Positions 1 through 10,434 of a stretch of DNA of 64,000 bases are shown piece after piece (position 1 is the first letter of the stretch; the number at the start of each line of letters is the position of its first letter). Below the pieces are notes generated by a model. It searched no databases. It was not told the DNA's origin and was given only the letters and a program-made list of their open reading frames with translations. The stretch lies in the NCBI GenBank assembly GCA_021773035.1, contig JAJFKU010000052.1, forward strand, positions 8,040-72,039, in the 5' to 3' direction. The DNA comes from Woeseiaceae bacterium. GTDB taxonomy: Bacteria; Pseudomonadota; Gammaproteobacteria; Steroidobacterales; Woeseiaceae. A program made the position numbers and the translations under genes.

Positions 1-140
1 CGTACCGGGTGTTGCCCTGGCTCGCTGACGAACTGCGGCTCAGAGCATACCGCAAACACTGCCACGCGCGGAGAATAGCGCGGGGTCACTTGTCGTCGGA
101 CTTAAAAATCAGTTTTCCCGCATGCTAGGCTTGCTTGCCT

Positions 141-2030
141 ATGCCCGATACGATTATCTATCTCGATCCTGAAAGTCCTCTGAATCTGCAAAACCAGATT
201 CGACAGAAGCTCGTCGAAGGTATTCTCTCCGGTGCTCTGCCTCCCGGCCACAAGTTGCCGTCCAGCCGCAAGCTTGCGCTGCAACTGGACGTGGCCCGAA
301 ATACTGTCGTGCTTGCCTATCAGCAATTGATCGCTGAGGGCTACATCGTCAGTCGCGCACGTAGCGGTATCTTCGTTAACGAGGCCATGCTCGAGACCCG
401 CGTGGGATACGGAAGCGACATCGTCCCGGCCAGCGGAGCACGCAATGCGGCCTGGAAAAAACGTACCAAGCGACCAGTGCTCGCCGGACGCGCCGGCGCG
501 CAGGATCTGCCGAACTGGAATCACTATCCCTATCCGTTTATCGACGGCAAGTTCGATTCTTCGCTGTTTCCAATCGCCGAATGGCGAGAAGCAAGTCGCC
601 TCGCGCTAAGCGTTGCCGATGTCAAAGAGTGGTCGACCGGCAGCGGTGACGCCGACGATACGATGCTCGTGGATGAGATTCGCAGCAAGATTCTGACCCG
701 CCGCGGGATACAGGCGCGCTCGGACGAAATACTGATTACGATGGGCACGCAGAACAGCCTGTACCTGATCAGTCGCCTGCTCGCCGACCGCAGCACAAGC
801 GCGGCGATGGAAGAGCCCGGTAATGCCGAGATGCGCGAGTTATTGCGGCAGAGCGGCGCCAGCGTAGTAGCGCAGCCGGTTGACGGTGAGGGCATTGTTG
901 TTAACGGCGATCTGGACGATTGCGATCTTGTTTACGTGACGCCCAGCCATCAGATACCGACAGCCGTGCTGATGTCGCCGTCACGCAGGGAAGCGTTGCT
1001 GAAAGCCGCTGAGGAAAACGAGTTCCTGATTGTTGAGGATGACTACGAGTGCGAGATCAACTATCTCGATCAACCGCAGCCGGCACTTCGCAGCATGGAT
1101 GACAAGGGTCGCGTGATTTATGTCGCGAGCTTCTCGAAAGTTCTGGCACCGGGCATCCGCCTGGGTTACATCGTTGCGGATTCGCAGTTCATTCAGCGTG
1201 CACGTGCACTACGGCGGACGATTATGAATCATCCACCGCTCAACAATCAGCGCACCGCAGCCTTCTTTCTTTCTCTCGGTCACTACGATGCCCTGATGAT
1301 GCGTCTCGGGCGCGTGCTGCAGGAGCGGCGCATGGCGCTGCGCGACGCGCTGAACTGGATGCGGGGCGTGCCGATGGAAATATCGCCGGAAGTTGGTGGT
1401 ACGACATACTGGGTACGGACACCGTCCGATTTTGATGTCGATGCGTTCGCGCGATCGGCCGCACAGCGCGGCATTCTCGTCGAACCGGTCAAGCACTACT
1501 ACGCGCAGGAGGAAACGGCAGAGAACTGTTTCCGGATGGGAGTGACGAGTTTGCCAATCGAGAGAATTCGCGATGGCGTGGCCCGGCTCGTCGACGTCAT
1601 TCGCTCGCAGGTGAAGGAACAGGTAGAGCATCTGGATACGACCACCGGCGACTGGCTCAAGGGTGACGACCTCAAAACGGCGATGGCGGGCTCAACCATT
1701 CTGTATCAGGAAGTCTATGGCGCGCCATGCACGATCAAATACCATCGGGACCGGTCGATGACCGGCGTACTGGGATTCTCGAATGAGGAGCAGGACACCG
1801 GCCGGTGGCGCATCGCCAAGGATCGTTTCTATCGCCAGTGGAGCCGTTGGAACTACGGTGAAGAGATGGGTTATTCCATCGTTATCGACGGTGAGCAGGT
1901 CAAGTTTTTCAATGAGGATGGCCAGATCGTGGATACCGCGTTCTTGTTGCGCGCGGACCCGGGTGATGACACGAAAGGCGAGGATTCGCCGATCTGGTCC
2001 ACAACACAGCGGACAACTGGACCTATGTAG
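141..2030 (+). CDS. MocR/GntR-family transcriptional regulator with PLP-dependent aminotransferase-fold domain and an extra C-terminal region of about 130 aa
   Basis: N-terminal GntR winged HTH (LPSSRKLALQLDVARNTVVLAYQQLIAEGYIVSRARSGIFV) followed by a class I/II aminotransferase-like body (SFSKVLAPGIRLGY). The ORF track starts at a TTG at 135; the first ATG is at 141. Confidence 0.85.
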   Translation: MPDTIIYLDPESPLNLQNQIRQKLVEGILSGALPPGHKLPSSRKLALQLDVARNTVVLAYQQLIAEGYIVSRARSGIFVNEAMLETRVGYGSDIVPASGARNAAWKKRTKRPVLAGRAGAQDLPNWNHYPYPFIDGKFDSSLFPIAEWREASRLALSVADVKEWSTGSGDADDTMLVDEIRSKILTRRGIQARSDEILITMGTQNSLYLISRLLADRSTSAAMEEPGNAEMRELLRQSGASVVAQPVDGEGIVVNGDLDDCDLVYVTPSHQIPTAVLMSPSRREALLKAAEENEFLIVEDDYECEINYLDQPQPALRSMDDKGRVIYVASFSKVLAPGIRLGYIVADSQFIQRARALRRTIMNHPPLNNQRTAAFFLSLGHYDALMMRLGRVLQERRMALRDALNWMRGVPMEISPEVGGTTYWVRTPSDFDVDAFARSAAQRGILVEPVKHYYAQEETAENCFRMGVTSLPIERIRDGVARLVDVIRSQVKEQVEHLDTTTGDWLKGDDLKTAMAGSTILYQEVYGAPCTIKYHRDRSMTGVLGFSNEEQDTGRWRIAKDRFYRQWSRWNYGEEMGYSIVIDGEQVKFFNEDGQIVDTAFLLRADPGDDTKGEDSPIWSTTQRTTGPM

Positions 2031-2076
2031 AAGTGTCGCGCGCGGCTACTGTCATGGATCATCACGGGTGAACACT

Positions 2077-2934
2077 ATGAGCAAGATTGGAATTGCGGGC
2101 CTGCAACTCGAGGCGATCAACGGCGACAACCTCGACTCGATGGAAGCTGAGATCGATGCCGTCGCGCAGCGATTTCCGTGGGTCGACATGGTGGTCCTCG
2201 CCGAACTGAACGGCTACGGTGTCGATCCGGACCGGGCACAGGCGATGCCGGGTCCGTTCGAATCCCGCTTCGCCGAAATAGCCAAGCGCAACGATATCTG
2301 GCTGATTCCAGGCTCCGTCATGGAGCAAGCCGGCAACGACACCTTCAATACCGCACCCGTCATTAATCCCGACGGCGAAGTAATCGCCCGCTATCGGAAA
2401 CAGTTCCCGTGGCTTCCCTACGAGCAGAACGTGACTCCGGGCAAGGACTTTGTCGTGTTCGACGTACCGGGCGTTGGTCGCTTCGGCGTCTCTATCTGTT
2501 ATGACATGTGGTTTCAGGAAACGATTCGTGCGATGAGTTGCATGGGAGCTGAAGTCATTCTGCATCCGTCACTGACGAGTACGATCGATCGCGACGCGGA
2601 AAAATGCATGGTGCGGGCCAGTGGCGCCATGTACCAGTGTTACTTCTTCGACGTGAATGTCGCCGGTCCGCTGGGTGTCGGTCAATCCATCGTCGCCGGT
2701 CCCGGTGGCGAAGTCGTTCACGCGGCGGGCAGGGGCCGGGAGATATTTCCGCTGCGCCTCGATCTTGACTATGTTCGCGACGTTCGCAGCAATGGTTGGC
2801 ATGGGCTTGGCCAGCCGCTGAAGAGTTTTCGCGATAGCTCTGTGCAGTTTCCCCAATACACCGACGGCTATGTCTCAGAGTCGCTGGAGGCGCTGGGCCC
2901 AATGACGAAAGCCGGGAAAATCGCGTCCGACTAG
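2077..2934 (+). CDS. Carbon-nitrogen hydrolase (nitrilase/amidase superfamily)
   Basis: Candidate Glu-Lys-Cys triad contexts: VVLAELNGYG, RYRKQFPW, VSICYDMWF. The ATG at 2077 (MSKIGIAGLQLE) is the plausible start. The upstream 98 codons of ORF 1783..2934 overlap the MocR gene and look non-coding. Confidence 0.85.
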   Translation: MSKIGIAGLQLEAINGDNLDSMEAEIDAVAQRFPWVDMVVLAELNGYGVDPDRAQAMPGPFESRFAEIAKRNDIWLIPGSVMEQAGNDTFNTAPVINPDGEVIARYRKQFPWLPYEQNVTPGKDFVVFDVPGVGRFGVSICYDMWFQETIRAMSCMGAEVILHPSLTSTIDRDAEKCMVRASGAMYQCYFFDVNVAGPLGVGQSIVAGPGGEVVHAAGRGREIFPLRLDLDYVRDVRSNGWHGLGQPLKSFRDSSVQFPQYTDGYVSESLEALGPMTKAGKIASD

Positions 2935-3078
2935 GCGTCGGGGAGTGGTTCGGGCTGGACCAACCCGCAGGTTTCAACTGGCCCTACGGTATCTGCAAAG
3001 GCTGCTGTAACTTGACCTCCACGATCAAGGATTCCACCCAAAAACAACCCGACACATCTTTCGGGGGAGAGATTGACG

Positions 3079-5472
3079 ATGACGACGACGACCAAGAGAT
3101 TCACGATGACGCCGCTGGCGACCGCTGTCGGTTGCATACTGGCTGCCGGCAGCCCGGTGAGCAATGCCCAGCAGGCGGACGATGCCGCCAATCGCCTGGA
3201 AGAAATCGTTGTTACGGCTACGCGCCGCGAGACATCGGTGCTGGATGTGCCCTACAACATTTCGGCGATTTCGGGTCAGGCACTGGCAGACGCGCAGATA
3301 TTCGAAACCGCGGATCTTATGCGGCAGGTGGCCGGCGCTGGCGTGGTGGATCGCGGCCAGCGCAACCAGGGCGTTATCAACTCGATCATGATCCGCGGCC
3401 TTAATATCGACGGTGCTGCTCTCGGCGATTACGCGCTGAACACGGTACCGACCGTCTCGACCTATGTTAACGACACGCCGGTGTTCGCCAATTTCATTCT
3501 TAAAGACGTTGCGCGCGTAGAAGTGCTGCGAGGTCCGCAGGGTACGCTGTACGGTTCCGGATCGCTCGGTGGCACCGTTCGCTACATCATGAACCAGCCG
3601 GACCCAACAGAGTTTAGCGGCACGGCGTTCACCTGGGCCAGCCAAACCGAGGGCTCCGAAGGGACCAATTACGGCGTCGATGTCGTCCTCAACATGCCGC
3701 TGACGGATAACTCCGCCTTTCGTCTGGCCGCCGGCACATTGCAGGGTGCCGGGGTTGTTGATGCCGTCAATGTGTACGAGTTGGACAGCGACGGTATTCC
3801 GGTCGCACCGAATGGTGTGCTCGACCCGGCAGCCAGCTATCGGGTCGTGGAAGATGCCGACGATGCGGACATTCGTTATGCGAGGGCGTCGTTCTACGCC
3901 GAACCTACTGACAGCTTTAACATGCTGCTGTCTTATCAGATGCAGGAAGACGATATCGGCGGTCGCCGCCAACAGACGAACGGTCTGGACGGGTTCGGAG
4001 TGCCCTACGGTGACTACCAAATCGGTTCGGTCCAGTTGGAGCCCTCGTCGCGCGAAGTCGATCTCGTCAGCCTCGAGATGGAGTTCGATCTGGGTTTTGC
4101 GACACTGACTTCAAGTACGTCGTCCTACGATCACGAGGGCGACAGCGTGAGCGAAAACACCGGTTTCTACGCACAAAACAACTGGCTTGTTAACTTTTAC
4201 TACAACTATCCCCGTCCGATGGCGTCGGCAGTACGCACGTATTCCGATGAATCGTTCGTGCAGGAGTTTCGCCTCGTGTCTTCCGGCGAGAGCAACATCG
4301 ACTGGGTTGTCGGCGGCTTTTATCGAGATCAGGATTTGAACGCCACGCAGACCAGTCTGCTGGTTGGTTTCGAGCGATGGGCCGATCTTTTCTTCGGCGA
4401 TCCGGATCTGATTATTCAGGATCAGGACTTCGGTTATGAGCGTGCCGAGAACTTTACCGATCTCGGTTTTTTCGGCGAAGTTACCTGGCATACGAGTGAT
4501 ACGTTTCACCTGACGTTGGGGTTGCGCTGGTTCGAGAACGAGTTCGAAAACAATACCTATATGCAGGTTGGGCCGTGGGACCCTACGATCTTCAATTTTG
4601 AAGACACGGCGCAGTTCTCGGGTAAGGAAGACGACACCCTGTTTAAGGTGAACGCCGCATGGAATGTATCCGACAGTCAGACCGTGTACGCGACGGTGTC
4701 AGAAGGTTACCGGCGCGGTGGCAGTAACGCGGTACCGCTGGTTGGTTTTTTTGCAGAAGACGCAGGTTGGCAGCAGTACGGATCTGACACGGTGATCAAT
4801 TACGAAGTCGGTCTGAAGGGAGCGACGGACAATCTGCAGTATTCGCTGGCGGCCTTTTATGTCGACTGGGACGATGTCCAGCTGAATACGGCGACGACAA
4901 ACTGGGCCTTCTTCGCGGCAGCGAACGGTGACAGCGCAAGGACTAGCGGGCTCGAGGTAGAGCTTGATGGATACATCAGCGACAAGCTGCGCTACAACAT
5001 TGGTTATGCCTATGTCGATGGCGAGGTCACGGGCGATGCGTTCGCGCCGGTCGATCCTACCTACGTCCTGGCAGCGAAGGGGTCGCCCCTGATCGGTACC
5101 GCCGAGCATACATTGAACGCGGCCATCCAGTTCAATCAGGAGGTCGGAAATGGTCTCGGCTGGATGACCCGACTGAATGGCTACTACCAGACCGAAACCA
5201 ACAATGCCTTTGGCGACGGGTTCAGGACGCCGGGAACCTTTACGGCGGAGCTCGACGGCTTTGCGTTGTTTGATCTCGTGACGACATTGTCGGGCGATAG
5301 TTGGCACGCGTCCCTGTATGTCAAGAATCTGACGAACGAGGAAGGCAGCACCGGTTTGTTCAGCGAGCTGTACATGGGAACCGATCCGACACAGAACTAC
5401 TTCGGCAACGGCAGCAAGGAGTTTCTTGCCTTGCCGCGAACCATCGGAGTTGCGTTCACCTACGAGTTTTGA
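3079..5472 (+). CDS. TonB-dependent receptor
   Basis: Signal peptide, plug region (EEIVVTATRRETSVLDVPYNISAISGQAL), long beta-barrel and C-terminal aromatic residue (FTYEF). GGGGGAGA RBS lies 8 nt before the ATG at 3079; the ORF track uses a TTG at 3073. Confidence 0.9.
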   Translation: MTTTTKRFTMTPLATAVGCILAAGSPVSNAQQADDAANRLEEIVVTATRRETSVLDVPYNISAISGQALADAQIFETADLMRQVAGAGVVDRGQRNQGVINSIMIRGLNIDGAALGDYALNTVPTVSTYVNDTPVFANFILKDVARVEVLRGPQGTLYGSGSLGGTVRYIMNQPDPTEFSGTAFTWASQTEGSEGTNYGVDVVLNMPLTDNSAFRLAAGTLQGAGVVDAVNVYELDSDGIPVAPNGVLDPAASYRVVEDADDADIRYARASFYAEPTDSFNMLLSYQMQEDDIGGRRQQTNGLDGFGVPYGDYQIGSVQLEPSSREVDLVSLEMEFDLGFATLTSSTSSYDHEGDSVSENTGFYAQNNWLVNFYYNYPRPMASAVRTYSDESFVQEFRLVSSGESNIDWVVGGFYRDQDLNATQTSLLVGFERWADLFFGDPDLIIQDQDFGYERAENFTDLGFFGEVTWHTSDTFHLTLGLRWFENEFENNTYMQVGPWDPTIFNFEDTAQFSGKEDDTLFKVNAAWNVSDSQTVYATVSEGYRRGGSNAVPLVGFFAEDAGWQQYGSDTVINYEVGLKGATDNLQYSLAAFYVDWDDVQLNTATTNWAFFAAANGDSARTSGLEVELDGYISDKLRYNIGYAYVDGEVTGDAFAPVDPTYVLAAKGSPLIGTAEHTLNAAIQFNQEVGNGLGWMTRLNGYYQTETNNAFGDGFRTPGTFTAELDGFALFDLVTTLSGDSWHASLYVKNLTNEEGSTGLFSELYMGTDPTQNYFGNGSKEFLALPRTIGVAFTYEF

Positions 5473-5493
5473 TTCCAGCATGAGTGCGCTGAG

Positions 5494-5517
5494 AAACCGG
5501 GCCGATGCCCGGTTTTT
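5494..5517 (+). terminator. Rho-independent terminator after the TonB-dependent receptor
   Basis: CCGGGC-cgat-GCCCGG stem-loop (5497-5512) followed by TTTTT (5513-5517). Confidence 0.7.
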
Positions 5518-5536
5518 CGTGTTTGAATAGGGGCCT

Positions 5537-7018
5537 ATGGTCGAGTCACCAAAGTCAACGCTCAATACCTGCTTGCGTGCCAGTCAGGATGCACAAAGGC
5601 GCGGGGACTTCGATGCCATGCTTACCCAGGCCGAAGCCGCCGCAACGGCAGATCCTGGAAACCTGGTTGCGACGTTTCGTCTGCTTGAGTGTCTCCTTTA
5701 CTGCGGTCGGGTGGCACGTGTCCGCGAGATGTTGCCGGCGCTGGAGCGTCGGGCGGGCTCAGACCACAAACTGCTTTGCCGTATCGCGGAATTCCACACC
5801 CACTGCGCCGACCACGAATCGGCGCTACGCCTGTATATGTGTGCGACCGATATGCAGCCGCGAAACGCGGAGTATCTGTTCGCGCTGTCGGCTGCAGAGA
5901 TCGCCGTCGGAAAACTTAAGGCGGCCGAGCAACATCTGACCGCAGCAATCGCACTGAACCCTCAGGACTACGACGCTTACCGAAATCGCTCAACATTAAA
6001 AACCCAGTCCCCGGAAGAGAATCATGTTGACGAAATCGAGACCTTGCTCGACGCCGGCGCGATGACGCCGGCCGGCGAAGTGCAACTCTGTTACGCCCTT
6101 GCGAAGGAGTATGAAGATCTGGGTGAGGATGAAACGTCTTTTCGGTATCTGAAGCGCGGTGCGGATGCACGTCGGGCGATGATGGACTATCGCGTTGACG
6201 GCGATATCGCCGTCATGAAACGTCTGCGTAGCGTTTTCGACAAAGGGCTAATGCAGGATCACGTCGACGGATGTGAAGCCATTGGACCGATATTTGTTAT
6301 TGGATTGCCGCGCAGCGGTACAACGCTGGTCGACCGGATACTGAGCTCTCATTCCGAGGTGGATAGTCTCGGCGAGATCAACAACTTCGCCTATTCGCTG
6401 CTGCATACGATCGGTCAGGGTGGGGACAAGCTCAAACTGGTCGAGCTGTCCGCCGATATCGATTGTGCCGAGCTGGGACAACGCTATTTCGACAGTGTTC
6501 GTTCCTATAGTAAAGCGGGGCCCTGTTTTATCGATAAGACGCCGCTGAACTATCTTTATGTCGGTCTGATCCGGCGCGCGCTGCCGAACGCGCGCATTGT
6601 GCACGTATACCGGAACTCGATGGATAGCTGTTACGGGATGTACCGCGCCCTGTTTCGTGCGGGTTACCCGTTTTCCTACGATATCGATGATCTGGCGCAA
6701 TACTATATCGCCTATCGCCAGCTCATGGATCATTGGCGCGACGTTGCTCCGGGCGGCTTTCTTAACGTCAGTTACGAGGCCCTGGTAGACGACCAGGAAC
6801 GCGTAAGCCGACAGCTTGTCGAGTATTGCGGTCTGCCCTGGGAGCCTGCCTGCCTCGAATTTCACAAGAATCGATCGGCGGTATCGACGGCCAGTTCCGC
6901 CCAGGTTCGCCAGCCCGTGTACCGCGATGCGCTGCAGCGCTGGCGGCGCTATGAAAAGCAATTGCAGCCGCTGGTGGAGACTCTCCGCCGGGAGGGCATC
7001 AATGTCGATGCTTCGTAG
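5537..7018 (+). CDS. TPR repeat-containing sulfotransferase family protein
   Basis: N-terminal half is TPR-like helical repeats. C-terminal half has a PAPS-binding 5'-PSB-like loop (GLPRSGTTLVDRILSSH) and sulfotransferase-like downstream segments (RIVHVYRNSMDS). Confidence 0.8.
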   Translation: MVESPKSTLNTCLRASQDAQRRGDFDAMLTQAEAAATADPGNLVATFRLLECLLYCGRVARVREMLPALERRAGSDHKLLCRIAEFHTHCADHESALRLYMCATDMQPRNAEYLFALSAAEIAVGKLKAAEQHLTAAIALNPQDYDAYRNRSTLKTQSPEENHVDEIETLLDAGAMTPAGEVQLCYALAKEYEDLGEDETSFRYLKRGADARRAMMDYRVDGDIAVMKRLRSVFDKGLMQDHVDGCEAIGPIFVIGLPRSGTTLVDRILSSHSEVDSLGEINNFAYSLLHTIGQGGDKLKLVELSADIDCAELGQRYFDSVRSYSKAGPCFIDKTPLNYLYVGLIRRALPNARIVHVYRNSMDSCYGMYRALFRAGYPFSYDIDDLAQYYIAYRQLMDHWRDVAPGGFLNVSYEALVDDQERVSRQLVEYCGLPWEPACLEFHKNRSAVSTASSAQVRQPVYRDALQRWRRYEKQLQPLVETLRREGINVDAS

Positions 7019-9185
7019 CGCGTTATACGCGATCGTTCTGTTGCCCCTGGCGCCGTGTGTATTTGCCGTGGAAGCGCTTCTGTATGACGATTTTCAGAAG
7101 GGTCTTGCCGAGGGTTGGCAGGCGTTCGGCAGCGGGACGATTGCTGTTACCGAGTACCAGGGAAATGCTTCGCTGCGTCTGACCAAAGATGCGATGGTCG
7201 CAAAACAGGTCGCAACGCTCGATACGAAGCGACTGCGGATAGGTGCTTCGTTCGCCGCATCCGGTCTCGAAACCGGCAAGGCCTGTATCGCTGAGGCTAG
7301 CTTCGACGATGGTGAGAATTGGTACGAAGTATTCAGGCTCATCGATGGTCAGGATGACAGCGTCAGTCTGCATAGTGGTGCTGAATCATGGGATTTGCCG
7401 TCGGAGACTACCCGCGTCTGGTTTCGTGCTCGCGTCCAGGGCGATGATATGGACGATACCTGCTGGCTCGATAACGTGTATGTCATGGCCAGTCCGCGTG
7501 TCCGCAAGGATGCAGGAATTCCCGACGAACGGGTGCTAAGCCGAGCGTTCTTACTCGGCAACTCAGAACTCGTCCAGCCGGTTTTCATGCACGAGTATCG
7601 TGCTCCGGCAAAGGCCGCCGAGGCGCGAACGGGTTTTTCCGGGTCCTTGCGCCTTGTCGGCACGGATCGTGGTGGAAAATTCCGGGCTGTCCACGACGAC
7701 TGGGATCGGGTGACTGAGATCGGCAAGCCGATTACCCATCTGCCGGAATTCGACTTCGAGTTCGTCAGTCGCGCTGGCGATCTGCTGCCGCTGCAGCGCG
7801 GCGTGCAACGCCGCGAGCATCCTTACTGGGAGATCATTCTGCAGCCGGGAAGAGTCTGGAGTGAGGTCGGCGACGGGCGCTGGGCGAGGGCATCGCTGCC
7901 GTTTTCGTTACAGGAGCGCAGCGCAAACTGCACACACAACGGCGTGCTGACCTTCCTGTACGACGGTGAGAGCGTGTCGCGTGTCGCCTACCAGATTACT
8001 AGCGAAACCTGCGGCTATTTCAAGGCAGACCTCTGGGGCGTGCTGGCCGCTGAGTACGGGCCGGCAAACCTGACCGAGAAAGCGGCAGCGCAGGTGACGA
8101 GGTTCGATGCGCATAGGAATAGTCGCCTCCCAGTACGACCGTTATCACAGCTGGCCGACGATTATCCTGGTATAGAGCCCCTGAGTTTCGGCGTTGACGA
8201 CGGCATCAATCCCGGCGACATGACAACACACGGTATGGTCGTTGACGGCGTGCATTACCGCGGTGACTGCAATACGCGATATGGCAGCTATCCGTACTGC
8301 GAATCGCTGCCGATGCCGTCCTATTCGACCGCGAAATCAATATTGGCAGGCATCGCGACGATGCGTATCGAGAAATTGTATCCGGGCACCGTTAACAGGG
8401 CGATTGCTTCCGTTGTCGACGAATGCAACACGAAAAAGTGGCGCGATGTGACGATCGGAAACGCGCTGGATATGGCGACCGGAAACTATCGTTCGAAGAA
8501 GCCTCAGGAAGACGAAGACTCGATCCCGCACTGGCGCTTCCTGTTCTGGGACAAGCATCAGCCAAAGATCGGGTTTGCATGCGATTACTTCAAACGAAAA
8601 TCGCAACCGGGCACGCAGTTCGTCTATCACACGTCCGATACCTATCTGCTCGGTTCCGCGCTGCAAACGACAGTCACTGAGCGACGAGGGCAGGGCGTGG
8701 ACCTCTATCGCTCGGTTCTTCTGGAACCGATCTGGAACGCGTTGAACCTGAGTCCACTTCTCGACGAAACGAAACGGACCTACGATGCAACGGAGCAGAT
8801 GTTTTCCGGTTACGGTCTGACGATAGAAGCCGACGATATCCTGCGTATCGCAATCTGGCTGAGCGAAAACAACGGCGAACTCAACGGAGAGCCGATACTC
8901 GAGCGCCGCATGCTCGACGCTGCGTTGCAGCGCAGCGAAGGTGATCGCGGCTTGGCGACCGGTGTTGCCAACCTCAACTACAACAACGGTTTCTGGGCCT
9001 TCGATGCCGGCCCTTCACTCGGCTGCGAAGCACCTGCGTGGATACCTTTTATGTCGGGTGTCAGCGGCATCACGGTCGCTATGTTTCCGAATGGCGTTAT
9101 TTATTACTACTTCTCCGACAGCTATGTCTTTCGCTGGCAAAGCGCTCGCGAGGCGGCCCATACGATCAGGGAATTGTGCCAATGA
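7002..9185 (+). CDS. Secreted two-domain protein: N-terminal jelly-roll/CBM-like domain plus C-terminal beta-lactamase-fold serine hydrolase
   Basis: Signal peptide (MSMLRSALYAIVLLPLAPCVFA) and an SxxK motif (SYSTAKSILAG). The ATG at 7002 overlaps the sulfotransferase stop; the upstream part of ORF 6816.. is a frame overlap. Confidence 0.7.
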   Translation: MSMLRSALYAIVLLPLAPCVFAVEALLYDDFQKGLAEGWQAFGSGTIAVTEYQGNASLRLTKDAMVAKQVATLDTKRLRIGASFAASGLETGKACIAEASFDDGENWYEVFRLIDGQDDSVSLHSGAESWDLPSETTRVWFRARVQGDDMDDTCWLDNVYVMASPRVRKDAGIPDERVLSRAFLLGNSELVQPVFMHEYRAPAKAAEARTGFSGSLRLVGTDRGGKFRAVHDDWDRVTEIGKPITHLPEFDFEFVSRAGDLLPLQRGVQRREHPYWEIILQPGRVWSEVGDGRWARASLPFSLQERSANCTHNGVLTFLYDGESVSRVAYQITSETCGYFKADLWGVLAAEYGPANLTEKAAAQVTRFDAHRNSRLPVRPLSQLADDYPGIEPLSFGVDDGINPGDMTTHGMVVDGVHYRGDCNTRYGSYPYCESLPMPSYSTAKSILAGIATMRIEKLYPGTVNRAIASVVDECNTKKWRDVTIGNALDMATGNYRSKKPQEDEDSIPHWRFLFWDKHQPKIGFACDYFKRKSQPGTQFVYHTSDTYLLGSALQTTVTERRGQGVDLYRSVLLEPIWNALNLSPLLDETKRTYDATEQMFSGYGLTIEADDILRIAIWLSENNGELNGEPILERRMLDAALQRSEGDRGLATGVANLNYNNGFWAFDAGPSLGCEAPAWIPFMSGVSGITVAMFPNGVIYYYFSDSYVFRWQSAREAAHTIRELCQ

Positions 9186-10378
9186 CAGCTGCCACCGAAT
9201 CTCAAGCAACAAGTGGAATCCGCAAAGCCGACCCGAATAGCCTGGTAGCGCGCACCTTTCTTTCCTTTTTGGCCACGGCGGGCCTGTTCTACGTAAACAT
9301 CATGCCCGCCATCGTCGATGGGTTGATCGAGGGCTTGAGTTTCACTGCCCGGCAGGCTGGTAACGTCGGCTCAGCGAACGTCTATGGTGCGGCTGCCGGA
9401 GCTCTGATCGTGGTGTTCCTGATCAAACGACTGAGTTGGCGGCCAACCGCCTACGCTTTGCTCGCTGGTCTGATCGCGATGGACCTGCTGTCCATGTTGA
9501 TCACTGCTCCGCAGGCGCTGATCGCGTTTCGCTTCTTACACGGCATTATCGGCGGTGCGCTCGTTGGGGTCGGATTTTCGGTGATTGCAAGAACCGTCAA
9601 TCCGGACCGGACGTTTGGTGTATTACTTGTTATACAGTTTGGGCTCGGTGGTCTCGGTAACCTTTACCTGCCGAGGTTGGTACCGCCGTTCGGCGTGAAC
9701 GTGTTATTCGTATCGCTGATCGCGTTCACGGTCGTGACCGCGTTGATGGTCCCGTTTCTCTCCGATTACCCGACAAGAAAAGAAAAAAACGCAGAGGCCG
9801 CCGGGGTTGCGCAGAAGATCAAGATTGTCCCCCTGTCTCTGACGTTGCTGGCGCTGTTCATGTTCCAGGCCGGTAACATGGGTCTGTTCGCGTTCATCAT
9901 CGGACTGGGCAAGTCCTTTAGCCTCGACCTCGACTTCATTACGCTGACACTGGCCGCTTCGGGTTGGATAGGAATCGTCGGCGCCGTCATTGTGATTGCG
10001 TTGTATACCCGATACGGACGCCTTCGGCCGTTGCTTGCGGCAATGACCTTGACCATCATCGGTATTTGGGTTCTTCACTACAGCGACAACCGGACGGTTT
10101 TCTTCATCGCAAATTGCGGTATGGGAATCACCTGGGCGTTCGTTATTCCTTACTTGTTGGGTCTATGTGCCGAGTTTGACAAGGCGGGCCGCATGGCGGC
10201 GCTCGGCGGGTTTGCGTCCAAGATGGGCCTGGCCAGCGGCCCTCTGCTTGCGGGAAAACTGCTCGGCGAGAGCAATTACGCGCTACTGATCAATCTGGGA
10301 GCGATTGCCGTTCTGGTCAGCCTGGTGGCCTGCATTGCCCCGGCGATTCTTCAGGATCGTGTTGCCGTGGATGAATAG
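9182..10378 (+). CDS. MFS-type transporter
   Basis: About 12 predicted hydrophobic helices. The ATG at 9182 overlaps the preceding TGA (ATGA), indicating an operon with 5537-9185. Confidence 0.8.
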   Translation: MTAATESQATSGIRKADPNSLVARTFLSFLATAGLFYVNIMPAIVDGLIEGLSFTARQAGNVGSANVYGAAAGALIVVFLIKRLSWRPTAYALLAGLIAMDLLSMLITAPQALIAFRFLHGIIGGALVGVGFSVIARTVNPDRTFGVLLVIQFGLGGLGNLYLPRLVPPFGVNVLFVSLIAFTVVTALMVPFLSDYPTRKEKNAEAAGVAQKIKIVPLSLTLLALFMFQAGNMGLFAFIIGLGKSFSLDLDFITLTLAASGWIGIVGAVIVIALYTRYGRLRPLLAAMTLTIIGIWVLHYSDNRTVFFIANCGMGITWAFVIPYLLGLCAEFDKAGRMAALGGFASKMGLASGPLLAGKLLGESNYALLINLGAIAVLVSLVACIAPAILQDRVAVDE

Positions 10379-10434
10379 CGCTGCATTAGGCTAAGCTGAC
10401 TGCTCGTGCGTGGCGTGCGCGACAAAAGGGAGCG

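Noticed and set aside
1783-2076. Long N-terminal extensions of ORF-track entries (1783, 6816, 9038, 28821-29600, 38429-39166, 41239-42078, 44017, 49374)
   Set aside because: The extensions overlap the preceding genes and are Arg/Ser/Pro-rich. They precede an internal ATG where family similarity, a signal peptide or an RBS begins, so the shorter starts were used.
3025-4020. 331-aa minus-strand ORF (also 4699-5565, 288 aa)
   Set aside because: It lies entirely antisense to the well-supported TonB-dependent receptor gene. The composition is Arg/Gly/His-rich and low-complexity, typical of shadow ORFs in GC-rich DNA.
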